Shown one piece after another: positions 42,704 through 53,446 of a DNA stretch of 64,000 nt. The stretch is from Desulfuromonas sp. (GTDB taxonomy: Bacteria; Desulfobacterota; Desulfuromonadia; Desulfuromonadales; BM501). The translations under genes were made by a program, and so were the position numbers. The stretch is taken from contig NZ_PKUB01000018.1 in NCBI RefSeq assembly GCF_002868845.1, forward strand, positions 45,807-109,806, written 5' to 3'. The notes under the pieces were generated by a model, which saw only the letters and a list, made by a program, of their open reading frames with translations, was not told the origin of the DNA and ran no database searches. Position 1 is the first letter of the stretch; every line of letters begins with the position of its first letter.

Positions 42704-42784
42704 TTCCGCTTCGTGGCGAACCTCCCCGGAAACGCCGCTCATGGCGGATCCGGAAAATGAACCTGAAAGGAGAAGGTTGGCACC

Positions 42785-44383
42785 ATGTACAAAAGCATCA
42801 AGTTGAGGGGGGTGCTGGTTCTCGGCTGCATCCTGGTCTCGCTCGTCTCTCTGGGGCCCACCCTGTTCAAAGGGGGGCTGCCCGAATTCTGGCGAAATGC
42901 CTTTGATCCCATTCACCTGGGGCTCGACCTCCAGGGGGGAATGCACCTTGTTCTGGGCGTCGATGTGGACAAGGCCGTTGAGAGCCGCATCGACACCGTC
43001 GTCGACCAGGGGGAGACCCTCCTGAACGATAAGGACATCATCTTCAAGCGCATCGAGCGCCAGCCCGGAGAGCGCCTCGCCATTACCGTCTACGATCAGG
43101 CGGCGGGCGCCGAGGTGGACGCCCTGATGGAGGAGAACTTTCCCTACCTGGAGGCCTTGACCCTTACTGACGAGGGGGGCTACATCCAGAAGAACTACCG
43201 CCTCAGCGACCGGGAGGTGACCAACATCAAGGACTACGCCGTGCGTCAGGCTCTTGAGACCCTGCGCAACAGGGTCGACCAGTTCGGCGTCAGCGAGCCG
43301 ACCCTGCAGCGTCAAAGCGGCAACCGCATCCTGATCCAGTTGCCTGGCGTGAAGGATCCTGACCGGGCCATCGCACTGCTCGGCAAGACCGCCCGCCTGG
43401 AATTCAAGATGGTCGCCGAGGACGCCAACCCCCAGGACGCCCTCAAGGGCGTTTTCGCACCCGGCACCCAGCTTCTCTACGAGCGGAAGGTAGACAGCAC
43501 CACCGACGCGGTGACCGAAACCCCCATCGTGGTCTACGACAAGACGGCTCTGACCGGCGACCTCCTCGCCGACGCCCAGGTGCGTATCGACACCCGCTTC
43601 AATGAGCCCTACGTGGCCATTGACTTCAATTCCGTCGGCGCCAAGCGCTTCGACCAGATCACCGCGGCCAACGTCGGCAAGCGCATGGCGATCGTCCTCG
43701 ATGACAGCGTCTACTCGGCGCCCGTCATCCGCGAGCGGATCTCCGGCGGATCCGCCCAGATCAGCGGCTCCTTTACCGAGCAGGAGGCGACCGACCTGGC
43801 CATCGTGCTTCGGGCGGGTTCCCTGCCTGCACCTGTGAATATCCTCGAGAACCGCACCGTCGGTCCCTCCCTGGGGGTCGATTCGATCAACAAAGGTATC
43901 CTCTCGGTTGTCGTCGGCGGGGTCCTGGTGATCCTGGCCATGTTCGCCTACTACAATCTCTCCGGCCTGGTGGCCAACATCGCCCTGGCCCTGAACCTGA
44001 TCTTCATCATGGCCATGCTGTCGCTGTTCAAGGCGACTCTTACCCTGCCGGGCATCGCCGGCATCGTGCTGACCGTCGGCATGGCGGTCGATGCCAATGT
44101 GCTCATTTTCGAGCGCATCCGGGAGGAGCTGCGCCTCGGCAAGACTCCCAAGATCGCCCTGGATGCAGGTTACAGCAAGGCCCTTCTGACTATCGTGGAT
44201 GCCAACGTCACAACCCTCATCGCGGCTTTGGTCCTGTTCCAGTTCGGTACCGGTCCGGTCAAAGGTTTCGCCGTCACCCTGTCCATCGGCATTCTCGCCT
44301 CGCTGTTTACGGCGATTTTCGTCAGCCGGGTCATCTTCGACTTCTTCCTGGAACGCCGCCAGGTCAAGCGACTGAGCATATAA
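42785..44383 (+). CDS. secD: protein translocase subunit SecD
   Basis: LGLDLQGG.HLVL.VD...LRNRVDQFGVSEP.LQRQ..NRI.IQLPGV.DP.RA..L.G.TA.LEF, plus a C-terminal 6-TM domain. Confidence 0.95.
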   Translation: MYKSIKLRGVLVLGCILVSLVSLGPTLFKGGLPEFWRNAFDPIHLGLDLQGGMHLVLGVDVDKAVESRIDTVVDQGETLLNDKDIIFKRIERQPGERLAITVYDQAAGAEVDALMEENFPYLEALTLTDEGGYIQKNYRLSDREVTNIKDYAVRQALETLRNRVDQFGVSEPTLQRQSGNRILIQLPGVKDPDRAIALLGKTARLEFKMVAEDANPQDALKGVFAPGTQLLYERKVDSTTDAVTETPIVVYDKTALTGDLLADAQVRIDTRFNEPYVAIDFNSVGAKRFDQITAANVGKRMAIVLDDSVYSAPVIRERISGGSAQISGSFTEQEATDLAIVLRAGSLPAPVNILENRTVGPSLGVDSINKGILSVVVGGVLVILAMFAYYNLSGLVANIALALNLIFIMAMLSLFKATLTLPGIAGIVLTVGMAVDANVLIFERIREELRLGKTPKIALDAGYSKALLTIVDANVTTLIAALVLFQFGTGPVKGFAVTLSIGILASLFTAIFVSRVIFDFFLERRQVKRLSI

Positions 44384-44392
44384 GGAGGCACC

Positions 44393-45313
44393 ATGCAGTT
44401 TGTAAAGCCAGACATCAACGTCGATTTTGTCGGCAAGCGCAAGGCGGCCGCCATTTTCTCCCTGGTGCTCATCCTGGTCGGCCTCATCTCCCTGATGGTA
44501 AAGGGCGGGCCTAATTACGGCATCGATTTCGCCGGCGGCACCCTCGTTCAGGTCAAGTTCGAGGACAAGGCCAGTGCGGGCGACATCAAGGACGCCTTGG
44601 AAGAACTGGACCTCGGCGGGGTCGTGGTTCAGCAGTTCGGCGACGAGGCCAACGAGTTCCTGATCCGCGCCCAGAACACCAGCGGGGAGCTCAAGGGCAT
44701 TTCCCAGGGGATCTCCGGGGCTCTCGAGAAAAGCTACGGCGACGGAAAGGTGGAGATGCGCCGCACCGAAATGGTCGGCCCCCAGGTCGGAAAGGACCTG
44801 CGTGCGAAGGGGATGATGGCCCTGGTCTACGCCATGATCGGCATTCTCATCTACATCACCATGCGTTTCGAATTCCGCTTCGCCGTGGGGGCAATCATCG
44901 CCCTTGTCCACGACGTCCTCATCACCCTCGGGGTCTTTTCCCTCTTTGGCAAGGAGATCGACCTGCCCATCATCGCCGCTTTTCTCGCGATCATCGGTTA
45001 TTCCCTGAACGACACCATTATCGTCTACGACCGTATCAGGGAAAACATGGGCAAGCACGGTCGAGAGGGCTTCACGGCGGTGGTCAACCGCAGTATTAAC
45101 GAGACCCTCTCCCGGACCATCCTGACCTCGGGTACAACCATGCTGGTTGTTTTGGCCCTCTTTGTCCTCGGCGGCGGGGTGATTCACAACTTTGCCTTCG
45201 CCCTTCTGGTCGGGGTTGTTGTCGGGACCTACTCCTCCATCTTCGTTGCCAGTCCCCTGCTGATTTTCTGGGAAGAACGCAGAAGCCAAAAGGCAGAAAC
45301 GACCGCAGCCTAA
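44393..45313 (+). CDS. secF: protein translocase subunit SecF
   Basis: NYGIDF.GGT.VQV.F.... is followed by a 6-TM domain (HDVLITLGVFSLFG.EIDL..IAA.L.IIGYSLNDTI.V.DRIREN). Confidence 0.95.
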   Translation: MQFVKPDINVDFVGKRKAAAIFSLVLILVGLISLMVKGGPNYGIDFAGGTLVQVKFEDKASAGDIKDALEELDLGGVVVQQFGDEANEFLIRAQNTSGELKGISQGISGALEKSYGDGKVEMRRTEMVGPQVGKDLRAKGMMALVYAMIGILIYITMRFEFRFAVGAIIALVHDVLITLGVFSLFGKEIDLPIIAAFLAIIGYSLNDTIIVYDRIRENMGKHGREGFTAVVNRSINETLSRTILTSGTTMLVVLALFVLGGGVIHNFAFALLVGVVVGTYSSIFVASPLLIFWEERRSQKAETTAA

Positions 45314-45324
45314 AGGAGTCGGCT

Positions 45325-45894
45325 ATGAAAAAAGAGACCATTCTCCTTGTTGTTGTCACTCTGGTGGTGGGGCTCCTTGTCGTAATCCTCGTCAACCAGA
45401 GTGCGCGGCGTTCCAGACCGGCTACTGTCACTTCTCCGCAGGCAGTACCGCAGGTCGATTATCAGAAACAGATCCAGATGCTTGAAAGGGTCGTCGCCGA
45501 CGACCCCGGCAACAGCAACGCCTGGGTGGAACTCGGGCATCTCTACTTCGATCTCGGGCAGCACATGCAAGCGGTCGAGGCATACGACAAGGCCTTGGAG
45601 CTTCAACCCTCGAATCCCAACGTTCTGACCGACCAGGGGGTCATGTTTCGCAGGCTCGGATGGTACGATCGGGCTGTGGGGAATTTCCTGAAAGCTCAGG
45701 AGGTCGATCCGACACATCCCCAGAGCATGTTCAATCTGGGGGTTGTTTACCGGTATGACCTGCAGGACTTCCCCAAGGCGAGGGAGGTCTGGAAAAAATT
45801 CCTGACCGTGGTTTCGACCGGTCCGACTGCCGACCAGGTCCGTGCCGAACTCAGGGCCCTTGAGACCCTCCCGGCTCCACCGCCGGGTCGGTAG
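45325..45894 (+). CDS. membrane-anchored TPR-repeat protein
   Basis: N-terminal TM (ILLVVVTLVVGLLVVILV), then about three TPR units (AWVELGHLYFDLGQHMQAVEAYDKALELQPSNPNVL...). Confidence 0.75.
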   Translation: MKKETILLVVVTLVVGLLVVILVNQSARRSRPATVTSPQAVPQVDYQKQIQMLERVVADDPGNSNAWVELGHLYFDLGQHMQAVEAYDKALELQPSNPNVLTDQGVMFRRLGWYDRAVGNFLKAQEVDPTHPQSMFNLGVVYRYDLQDFPKAREVWKKFLTVVSTGPTADQVRAELRALETLPAPPPGR

Positions 45895-45905
45895 CCAGAG
45901 AACAT

Positions 45906-45937
45906 CGGGCCGGGGATTTCCCCGGCCCGTTTTTTTT
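45906..45937 (+). terminator. intrinsic terminator after the TPR gene
   Basis: CGGGCCGGGG / CCCCGGCCCG stem with loop ATTT, then T8. Confidence 0.85.
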
Positions 45938-46167
45938 GACCTGTAATCGAATCCTTTTTCTTTACACAGAGGCGAAGAGGACGCAGGGGCAATCGGGAAA
46001 AGCGTTTTTTTGCCGCCTGTCTCTGTTGGTTGATGCTTGATTGTTTCGACTCCAGTGCCTTTCTGGTTATATGACCGAAACCGTTGGGGGCGGAGCGGCC
46101 ATCCCCTTGCCTTGACTGGACGGCCAAGGACGCCGGGTGCCATGATGGACGTGAAAGAGTGAAGAAG

Positions 46168-47892
46168 ATGACGCAACGCAGGTGGGTGACGCGGGGAGAG
46201 CGATTCGGCGAGGAGGCCCTGGCCGGGCTGCGATCGCGGCTTGAGGTCGGTTCCCTGACCGCTGAAGCGCTTCTGCGCAGGGGGATCACCACTGCGGAGG
46301 CCGGCCGGGCTTTTCTCCAGAGCCGGTTGGCCCATTTGCCGGATCCCTCAGGTCTGGCCGGGATCGATCGTGCCGTGGCTCGGTTGGTGAAGGCCATCGA
46401 GGGGGAGGAGGCCATCTCTGTTCACGGCGATTATGATGTGGACGGTGTGACCGGAACCGCCCTTCTGGTCGAGATTCTGCGGGCATTCGGCGGGCGGGTA
46501 GACTATCACATTCCCGAACGGCTCAAGGACGGTTACGGCCTTTCTGGGCAGGCGCTGAAAGATTCCGCCATGGCAGGGACCCGGGTCGTCGTTTCCGTTG
46601 ACTGCGGTATCTCGGCGATCGAAGAGGCCGAACTCGCAGCCTCTCTCGGGCTGGACCTGATCATCACAGATCACCATCAACCCCCTCCTGGTCTGCCCCG
46701 GGCTTACGCCTTGGTGAACCCTCACCTGGATGAGGGGAGGACTCCCTTTCAGGCACTAGCAGGGGTCGGAGTAGCCTTTTTTCTGCTGATAGCGCTGCGC
46801 AAGGTCCTGCGGGAAAGGGGGTGGTTTGTCTCCCGTCCCGAACCGGACCTGCGTCTCTGCCTGGACCTTGTGGCCCTCGGAACGGTTGCCGACCTCGTTC
46901 CCCTGACGGGGGTCAACCGCACGATGGTGAAGGCGGGGCTGTCGGTCCTCTCCGGCGGGGAACGCGTTGGAATAGAAGCCCTCAAGGAGGTCTCCGGCGT
47001 CAAGGAGGTCAGCAGTGGAAACGTCGGGTTCCAGCTGGCGCCTCGGCTCAATGCAGCAGGGCGTCTGGTCGATGCGGGCCGGGGTGTCGAACTTCTTCTC
47101 ACGCGATCGGCCGACGAGGCCAGGAGCGCGGCGCAGGATCTGGACGCTCTCAACCAGGAACGCCGGCGCATCGAGGCGCAAACCTTGGAACAGGCATTGG
47201 AACGCCTGGAAGGGGAGGGAGCCGAGGGGTTGGGGCGTTCCATCGTCCTGGCCGATGCGCGCTGGCATTCGGGGGTGATCGGGATTGTGGCAAGCCGGTT
47301 GGTGGAGAGGTACTATCGCCCTACCGTCTTGATTTCCCTGGAGAACGGGCGGGGCAAGGGGTCGGCCCGATCCATCAGCGGTTTTCACCTTTACCGGGCA
47401 TTCGACCAATGTCGCGACCATCTGCTCGGGTTCGGAGGGCATGCATATGCCGCGGGGCTGACAATCGAGTCAGGCCAGGTTGGCGCTTTCGCCGATCGTC
47501 TGGAGGAGGAGGCCCGAGACGCCCTCTGTGAGGAGGACCTGCACCAGCGGATCGTTCATGACGGGGAGGTGGCGTTGGATACCTTGAGTTTTGAGGCCGT
47601 TTCAGAATTGCAGGGCCTCGCTCCCTTTGGAATGGGCAATCCGGAACCGGCCTTTGTGGCCCGTGGGGTCGAGGTGGAGAGGGTGCGCAAGGCCGGGCAG
47701 CAGCACCTCGCCTTTGATGTCCGGCAGGGCGGGGTAAGCCTTCCCTGTATCGCTTTCGGATTGGCCGACCGGCAGGCGGAACTGTCTGGGCCGATCGACC
47801 TGCTCTTTGCTCCATCCTTGAATCGGTGGAGGGGACGCAGTTCGGTTCAGCTGAAGGTCAAGGACTGGCGGCCAGGGGAGTGCGGCGATTAG
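46168..47892 (+). CDS. recJ: single-stranded-DNA-specific exonuclease RecJ
   Basis: DHH motifs are present: I.VHGDYDVDGVT..A...........D.HIP.R..DGYGL...V.VDCG....E......G.D.IITDHH, followed by DHHA1 GGH..AAG. The start is ATG 46168 or GTG 46159. Confidence 0.9.
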   Translation: MTQRRWVTRGERFGEEALAGLRSRLEVGSLTAEALLRRGITTAEAGRAFLQSRLAHLPDPSGLAGIDRAVARLVKAIEGEEAISVHGDYDVDGVTGTALLVEILRAFGGRVDYHIPERLKDGYGLSGQALKDSAMAGTRVVVSVDCGISAIEEAELAASLGLDLIITDHHQPPPGLPRAYALVNPHLDEGRTPFQALAGVGVAFFLLIALRKVLRERGWFVSRPEPDLRLCLDLVALGTVADLVPLTGVNRTMVKAGLSVLSGGERVGIEALKEVSGVKEVSSGNVGFQLAPRLNAAGRLVDAGRGVELLLTRSADEARSAAQDLDALNQERRRIEAQTLEQALERLEGEGAEGLGRSIVLADARWHSGVIGIVASRLVERYYRPTVLISLENGRGKGSARSISGFHLYRAFDQCRDHLLGFGGHAYAAGLTIESGQVGAFADRLEEEARDALCEEDLHQRIVHDGEVALDTLSFEAVSELQGLAPFGMGNPEPAFVARGVEVERVRKAGQQHLAFDVRQGGVSLPCIAFGLADRQAELSGPIDLLFAPSLNRWRGRSSVQLKVKDWRPGECGD

Positions 47893-48704
47893 GGCCTGCC
47901 GTTGCGCCCGCCCCGCAGGTGGATGAACCAGTAGGCGAAGGCGACGAAAACCACGCCGCCGACGATGTTGCCGAGGGTGACCGGCAGCAGGTTGGCCAGG
48001 AAGAAATTGTTCCATGATAGGCCGGGTTCAACCAGTTGGCGGGCATCGGCCAGAAGCAGGCCGGTGGGAATGAAGTACATGTTGGCCACCGAGTGTTCGA
48101 ATCCGCTGGCCACAAAGGTCATGATGGGAACATAGCAGGCCAGCAGTTTTCCGGGAACGTCCCGGGCGGCCGTGGCCATGAAGACGGCCAGGCAGACCAG
48201 CCAGTTGCAGAGAATGCCGCGAATGAAGGCGACCTCGAAGGGAAGGCGGCACTTGGCTGAGGCGATGTTGACGGCGTGTTCGGCGACCTGGCCTGCCTGC
48301 CAGAGTTCCGATCGGTACATCAGCCAGGCGAAAAAGAGAGAGCCGACCAGATTGCCGAGGATGACCACGATCCAGTTCTCGGCGAGCTTGGACCATGGGA
48401 TCTGCCCGAGAAGGGCAGCTTTGGTCAGCAGGCTGTTTCCCGTGAAGAGTTCCGCCCCGCAGACCACCACCAGCATCAGTCCTACGGAAAAGACACTGCC
48501 TCCAAGCAGGCGGGCCACCCCGGTGCCGAGAAACGGCGCTGCGTCCTGGGTCACCACCGTGGCCAGCTGTGCCCCGAAGGCGATATAGAAGCCAGCCAGG
48601 AGGCTCAGGACGACGGTGCGGGCAAAAGACTGGGTCATGACCCGCTGACCGTTGTCGACAATGGCCTGAACCGCTTCGCGTGGCGTGAGGAAACGTTTTT
48701 CCAT
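47889..48704 (-). CDS. formate/nitrite transporter (FNT) family channel
   Basis: AG.YIAFG.......LLGG..FS.GL.LVVV.GAELFTGN..........NL.G......ILCNWLVCLAV.M.......GK......PI..FVASGFEHSVANMYFIP. The start is ATG 48704 (AGGGA upstream) or the TTG at 48725, which overlaps the upstream gene's stop. Confidence 0.85.
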   Translation of the reverse strand: MEKRFLTPREAVQAIVDNGQRVMTQSFARTVVLSLLAGFYIAFGAQLATVVTQDAAPFLGTGVARLLGGSVFSVGLMLVVVCGAELFTGNSLLTKAALLGQIPWSKLAENWIVVILGNLVGSLFFAWLMYRSELWQAGQVAEHAVNIASAKCRLPFEVAFIRGILCNWLVCLAVFMATAARDVPGKLLACYVPIMTFVASGFEHSVANMYFIPTGLLLADARQLVEPGLSWNNFFLANLLPVTLGNIVGGVVFVAFAYWFIHLRGGRNGRP

Positions 48705-48721
48705 CTTGTCTATCCCTGCCT

Positions 48722-49912
48722 TCAACCCAGCCCGACTTCGCGGGCCAACCGCTCCCAGGCGGGGAGGCTGCGGTGGATCATTTCCGCATCCACGCAGTAT
48801 GCGATGCGGAAATGACCCGGGGCGCCGAATCCCACTCCGGGGACCAGGAGGATATTGTGCTTCTGGGCCAGGCCGACGAATTCCACGTCGTCGGCCAGCG
48901 GGGACTCGGGGAAGAGGTAAAATCCCCCCTCGGGCCGGACCATTCGGAAACCCATGGTGGTGAGGTTGTCATACAGCAGATCCCGCTTGGCCTGGTACTC
49001 GGAAACATCCACGCTCGAACGCTGCAGCTTGGCAACGAGGCGCTGCATGAGGGCGGGGGCGTTGACGAACCCGAGCACCCGGTTGCAGAAGACCGCCCCC
49101 TCGATGAACTGCGCGGCGTTGCCCATGGCCGGATTGACGGCAAGGTAGCCGATCCGGGCTCCGGGCAGAGCCAGGTCCTTGGAGTGGGAAGTGACCACAA
49201 TGGCGTTCTCGACGCAGGAGAAAATGCCCGGCACCTCTCGGCCGTCGTAGGCCAGGCGGGCGTAGGGCTCGTCGGAGATGACGTAGATCTGCCGCTCCAG
49301 TTCCTTCCCCTTGCGCTCCACGGCTTCGCCGAGGGCAGTCAGTCTCTCCCGCGAATAGATAACCCCGGTGGGGTTGTTGGGGGAGTTGACGATGATGGCC
49401 CGGGTGTTGGGGCCGATGGCCTTCTCTATGGCCGCAATGTCGAGCTGGAACGTTGCCGGGTCGGTGGGCACTTCTCGAGTGACGCCGCCGTGGTTGTCGG
49501 CGTAGAACTTGTACTCGACGAAGTAGGGGGCGAGGATGATGACCTCCTCCCCGGGGTTGAGAATGGTCTTCAGGACCACGTTGAGGGCCCCGCCGGCCCC
49601 GCAGGTCATGACCACGTGGCGGGCCTCTACCGGGAGGGGTGATTTCTCGGTCAGGACCTCGGCCACCGCAGCCCTAGTCTCCAGGTAGCCGGCGTTGTCC
49701 ATGTAGCGGAACATCCCCGGTTCGCAGGATTGGGCCAGGCTCTGAAGTTCCCGGCGGAAGTCCTCGGGCGGTTCCGTTGAGGGGTTGCCGAGGCTGAAAT
49801 CGAAAACGTTTTCGGCGCCGTGGATTTTGCGAAGGGCTGCACCCTCCTCGAACATCTTGCGGATCCAGGAGGACCGTTCGATGTAGTTCATTACCTTGAC
49901 GGAAATGGTCAT
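48722..49912 (-). CDS. class I/II PLP-dependent aminotransferase (AspC/AlaA-like)
   Basis: F.LGNP....P...........Y....G....R..VA.......V.......GA..AL......L.PG.EV....P.F.EY....NSPNNPTG.....E.L..L........I.SDE.Y......TSHSKDLALPG.RIGY. The PLP Lys is in SHSK. Confidence 0.8.
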   Translation of the reverse strand: MTISVKVMNYIERSSWIRKMFEEGAALRKIHGAENVFDFSLGNPSTEPPEDFRRELQSLAQSCEPGMFRYMDNAGYLETRAAVAEVLTEKSPLPVEARHVVMTCGAGGALNVVLKTILNPGEEVIILAPYFVEYKFYADNHGGVTREVPTDPATFQLDIAAIEKAIGPNTRAIIVNSPNNPTGVIYSRERLTALGEAVERKGKELERQIYVISDEPYARLAYDGREVPGIFSCVENAIVVTSHSKDLALPGARIGYLAVNPAMGNAAQFIEGAVFCNRVLGFVNAPALMQRLVAKLQRSSVDVSEYQAKRDLLYDNLTTMGFRMVRPEGGFYLFPESPLADDVEFVGLAQKHNILLVPGVGFGAPGHFRIAYCVDAEMIHRSLPAWERLAREVGLG

Positions 49913-50088
49913 GGTCTGTTCCTCCGAGCTTTCATGAAATTGTTGGCAGTTTAGCCGGGCACCGAAAGCGGGTCAAGGGGAAAGGGCGGGGGCTTCTGGA
50001 CGGGGGCCGTTGTACTGGGGGCGTTGATTTTTCTAAGAGGATAGGCTAGATTCTCGATTCCTTAAAAGTTTATTCAGGGGGTGACAAG

Positions 50089-51162
50089 GTGGCCAAGAAA
50101 ATTCTTGACGATTACCGAAGGCAGATTGACAGCATCGACGACCAGATCCTCGACCTGCTCAACCGTCGCGGCGACGTCGTGGTCGAGGTGGGCAAGCTCA
50201 AGGCCGGGCAGAGCAAGGAGTTCTACGTTGCCAGCCGCGAGCGGGCCATTTACGAACGGCTCATCTCGGGCAATCCAGGCCCTTTTCCTCCCGAGGGCAT
50301 CCGGAGGGTGTTTCGCGAGATCATCTCCGCCTGCCTTTCTCTCGAACAGCCGATGAAGGTGGCTTTCCTCGGTCCCCAGGCTACGTTCACCCATGTGGCG
50401 ACCATGCGCCAGTTCGGTTTCTCCGCGCAACTGGTCCCGCAGAAAAGCATTTCGGCTGTCTTTGAGGAGGTCGCCAGGGAGCGGGTCCACTACGGGGTTG
50501 TGCCGGTGGAGAACTCCAACGAGGGGATTGTCTCCCATACTCTCGACATGTTCATGGAGTCGGACCTCCAGATCAACGCGGAAATCCTCCTGGAAATCTC
50601 CCACGACCTGCTGTCCCGTTCCGGGAGTCTCGAGGTGATCCGGAAGGTCATTTCCCACCCCCAGGCTCTCGCCCAGTGCCGCAATTGGCTGGAAGAGAAT
50701 CTTCCCGATGTGCCCCTGGTCGATGTGGCCAGTACCGCCCTTGCCGCTCAGATGGTTGCCGAGGACGAGACCGCGGCGGCCATTGCCAGCGAGATGGCCG
50801 CCACCCTCTACGGTCTCAAGCTGGCCAAGCGGAAGATCGAGGACAACCCCAACAATTTTACCCGCTTTCTGGTCATCGGGCGGAAAACGCCCGATCGCAG
50901 CGGCCGGGACAAGACGACCATTATGTTCAGCGTAAAGGACGAACCGGGAATCCTTTACAGGATGCTGGAGCCCTTCAGCAAGAGGGACATCAACCTGTCC
51001 AAGATCGAAAGCCGGCCGCTGAAGAAAAAAGCCTGGGAATATATATTCTTTCTCGATATTGAAGGCCACGTTGCCGAAGACAACGTCAGCGACGCCATCG
51101 AGGAGTTGAGGGGGCATTGTCAATTCCTCAAGGTGCTGGGCTCCTACCCGGTGGCCAAATAG
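50089..51162 (+). CDS. pheA: bifunctional chorismate mutase / prephenate dehydratase (P-protein)
   Basis: GTG start. The CM_2 helix region (R.QID.ID.QILDLLN.R) is followed by a PDT domain (V.FLGP.ATF.H.A......) and a C-terminal ACT domain with ESRP (SKIESRPLKK..WEY.FF.D.EGH). Confidence 0.92.
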   Translation: MAKKILDDYRRQIDSIDDQILDLLNRRGDVVVEVGKLKAGQSKEFYVASRERAIYERLISGNPGPFPPEGIRRVFREIISACLSLEQPMKVAFLGPQATFTHVATMRQFGFSAQLVPQKSISAVFEEVARERVHYGVVPVENSNEGIVSHTLDMFMESDLQINAEILLEISHDLLSRSGSLEVIRKVISHPQALAQCRNWLEENLPDVPLVDVASTALAAQMVAEDETAAAIASEMAATLYGLKLAKRKIEDNPNNFTRFLVIGRKTPDRSGRDKTTIMFSVKDEPGILYRMLEPFSKRDINLSKIESRPLKKKAWEYIFFLDIEGHVAEDNVSDAIEELRGHCQFLKVLGSYPVAK

Positions 51163-51197
51163 ATACCGGCATTTTTGCTGGCGAAGGGACTTCGTTC

Positions 51198-52064
51198 ATG
51201 AACCAACCGCTCATCCCGAAACTGGCCGTCATCGGCGTCGGTCTCATAGGGGGGTCTCTGGCCCTCTCCCTCAAGTCCGCCGGAGCCGTCGGCGAAGTCA
51301 TCGGCATCGGCCGCGGCCTCCCCAACCTGGAGAAAGCCCTCGAACTGGGGGTTGTTGACCGCATTACCCGGGACCCCGGGGAAGGCGTCGGCGACGCTGA
51401 TCTGGTCTTCCTCGCCACTCCGGTTCTCACTCTTCCGGAGATGGCGGCTGCCGTGCTGCCCCGGATGAAGCCCGGCGCCGTTCTCACCGACGGCGGCAGC
51501 GTCAAGAAGTCGGTGGTGGCCGCTATCGAGCCCCTGGTTCCTGAGGGGGTTCACTTCGTCCCCGGTCATCCCATAGCGGGCACCGAGAAGAGCGGGGCCG
51601 AGGCCGCCTTTGCAACCCTGTACCAAAACCGCCGCTGTATCCTGACCCCCACGGAGCGGACCGACCGGAACGCCCTCGCCCTGGTTCACCGGGTCTGGGA
51701 GACTGCAGGGAGCGAGGTTGTGGTGATGGACGTGGACAAGCACGATCGGGTGCTGGCGGCCATCAGCCACCTGCCGCACATGGTCGCTTATTCACTGGTC
51801 AACGCCATGGGCTCTTATGATCGCTACGAAGAGAACATCCTCGAATATTCCGCCGGAGGGTTTCGGGACTTTACCCGCATCGCCTCTTCGGATCCAACGA
51901 TGTGGCGGGACATCGCCATGACCAACCGCGACGCACTGGTCGAGATGATGGAGCGGTTTGAAACAACCTTTGCCGAACTCAAGGAAGACGTCCGTAGCGG
52001 TGACGGCTCCAGGCTGTTCGAGTTCTTCCTGCGCTCAAAGAAGAGCCGGGACGCGATCCTTTAA
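51198..52064 (+). CDS. tyrA: prephenate dehydrogenase
   Basis: [18 protein letters not shown]........G......................V.DGGSVK........HF.PGHPIAG.E.SG. ATG 51198. Confidence 0.88.
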   Translation: MNQPLIPKLAVIGVGLIGGSLALSLKSAGAVGEVIGIGRGLPNLEKALELGVVDRITRDPGEGVGDADLVFLATPVLTLPEMAAAVLPRMKPGAVLTDGGSVKKSVVAAIEPLVPEGVHFVPGHPIAGTEKSGAEAAFATLYQNRRCILTPTERTDRNALALVHRVWETAGSEVVVMDVDKHDRVLAAISHLPHMVAYSLVNAMGSYDRYEENILEYSAGGFRDFTRIASSDPTMWRDIAMTNRDALVEMMERFETTFAELKEDVRSGDGSRLFEFFLRSKKSRDAIL

Positions 52065-52089
52065 GGTCATTCTACCGGTGGGGGAAATT

Positions 52090-53391
52090 ATGAAGAGAGA
52101 GACCCAGTCCGTTCGCCCCGCACAGCGCCTTGGCGGCGAGATCACCGTTCCGGGCGACAAGTCCATTTCCCATCGATCCGTGATGTTCGGCTCTCTCGCC
52201 GAGGGACCCACGATCGTTCGCGGGTTTTTGCGGGGAGAAGACAACCTGGCCACCCTTAATGCTTTTCGCGCCATGGGGATTTCCATCGAGGAACGTGCCG
52301 GCGGGGAGCTCCGGATCGAAGGGCGGGGCCTTCACGGGTTGACCGAACCTGAGGACGTCATCGACTGCGGCAATTCGGGCACCACCATTCGGCTCATGAC
52401 CGGTTTGCTCTCAGGGCAGTACTTTTTTTCGGTGCTCACCGGGGACCGCTATCTGCGGCGCCGTCCCATGAAAAGGGTGGTCTCCCCCCTTGCATCCATG
52501 GGCGCTTCTATCTGGGGGCGGGGAGGGGGGGATCTCGCTCCTCTGGCTATCCGGGGCGGCGGGCTTCGGGCGGCTGAGTACGAATCGCCCATCGCCAGTG
52601 CCCAGGTCAAGTCGGCTCTGCTCCTTGCCGGGTTGTATGCCGATGGCACAACGACGGTCCGTGAGCCGCACCTCTCCCGGGACCACAGCGAGAGAATGCT
52701 TGATTATTTCGGCGCTGATCTTCAGGTCTTCGACGACGGGGTCTCCTTGAACGGCGGGCCGCGCCTTGAGGGAAGGGAGGTCTCCGTCCCCGGTGACATC
52801 TCCTCGGCGGCCTTTTTCATGGTGGCCGCCCTGATCTGTCCCGATACCGAGTTGGTGATCCGCAATGTGGGGGTCAATCCCACCCGCAGCGGAATCATCG
52901 ACATTCTGCAGGGGATGGGTGGCCGGTTGGAACTCCTCGACCAGCGTGAGGTCTCCGGGGAGCCGGTCGCGGACATTCTCGTGAAAAGCAGCACCCTCAA
53001 GGGGATCGAGATCGGCGGGAGCCTCGTGCCCCGCGCCATCGACGAATTTCCCGTCATCAGCGTCGCAGCCGCCTTTGCCGAGGGGACGACCGTGATTCGG
53101 GACGCTCGTGAGCTGAAGGTCAAGGAGACCGACCGTATCGCTGCCATGACATCGGAACTCGGCAAGCTGGGAGGCCGGATTGTGGCCCTTGAGGATGGCA
53201 TGGAGATTACCGGGGTCGAAGAACTCGAAGGCGGCAGCGTCTCCTCCTGGGGAGACCATCGCATCGCCATGAGTCTGGCCGTGGCCGGCCTTCGGAGCAA
53301 AGCGCAGGTGACGATCGACGACACCGGATGCACCGCCACATCCTTTCCAAGCTTCTGGTCTCTGTTGGACGGGGTGAGGGCAGAGAGGTAG
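52090..53391 (+). CDS. aroA: 3-phosphoshikimate 1-carboxyvinyltransferase (EPSP synthase)
   Basis: [36 protein letters not shown]......CGNSGTT.RL..G.L.......LTGD..LR.RPM.RV..PL..MGA. ATG 52090. Confidence 0.93.
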   Translation: MKRETQSVRPAQRLGGEITVPGDKSISHRSVMFGSLAEGPTIVRGFLRGEDNLATLNAFRAMGISIEERAGGELRIEGRGLHGLTEPEDVIDCGNSGTTIRLMTGLLSGQYFFSVLTGDRYLRRRPMKRVVSPLASMGASIWGRGGGDLAPLAIRGGGLRAAEYESPIASAQVKSALLLAGLYADGTTTVREPHLSRDHSERMLDYFGADLQVFDDGVSLNGGPRLEGREVSVPGDISSAAFFMVAALICPDTELVIRNVGVNPTRSGIIDILQGMGGRLELLDQREVSGEPVADILVKSSTLKGIEIGGSLVPRAIDEFPVISVAAAFAEGTTVIRDARELKVKETDRIAAMTSELGKLGGRIVALEDGMEITGVEELEGGSVSSWGDHRIAMSLAVAGLRSKAQVTIDDTGCTATSFPSFWSLLDGVRAER

Positions 53392-53446
53392 GTGCCGATC
53401 CTGTACCGCCGAGTATCTGAATGAACCGATCTGATAAGGACGAAGT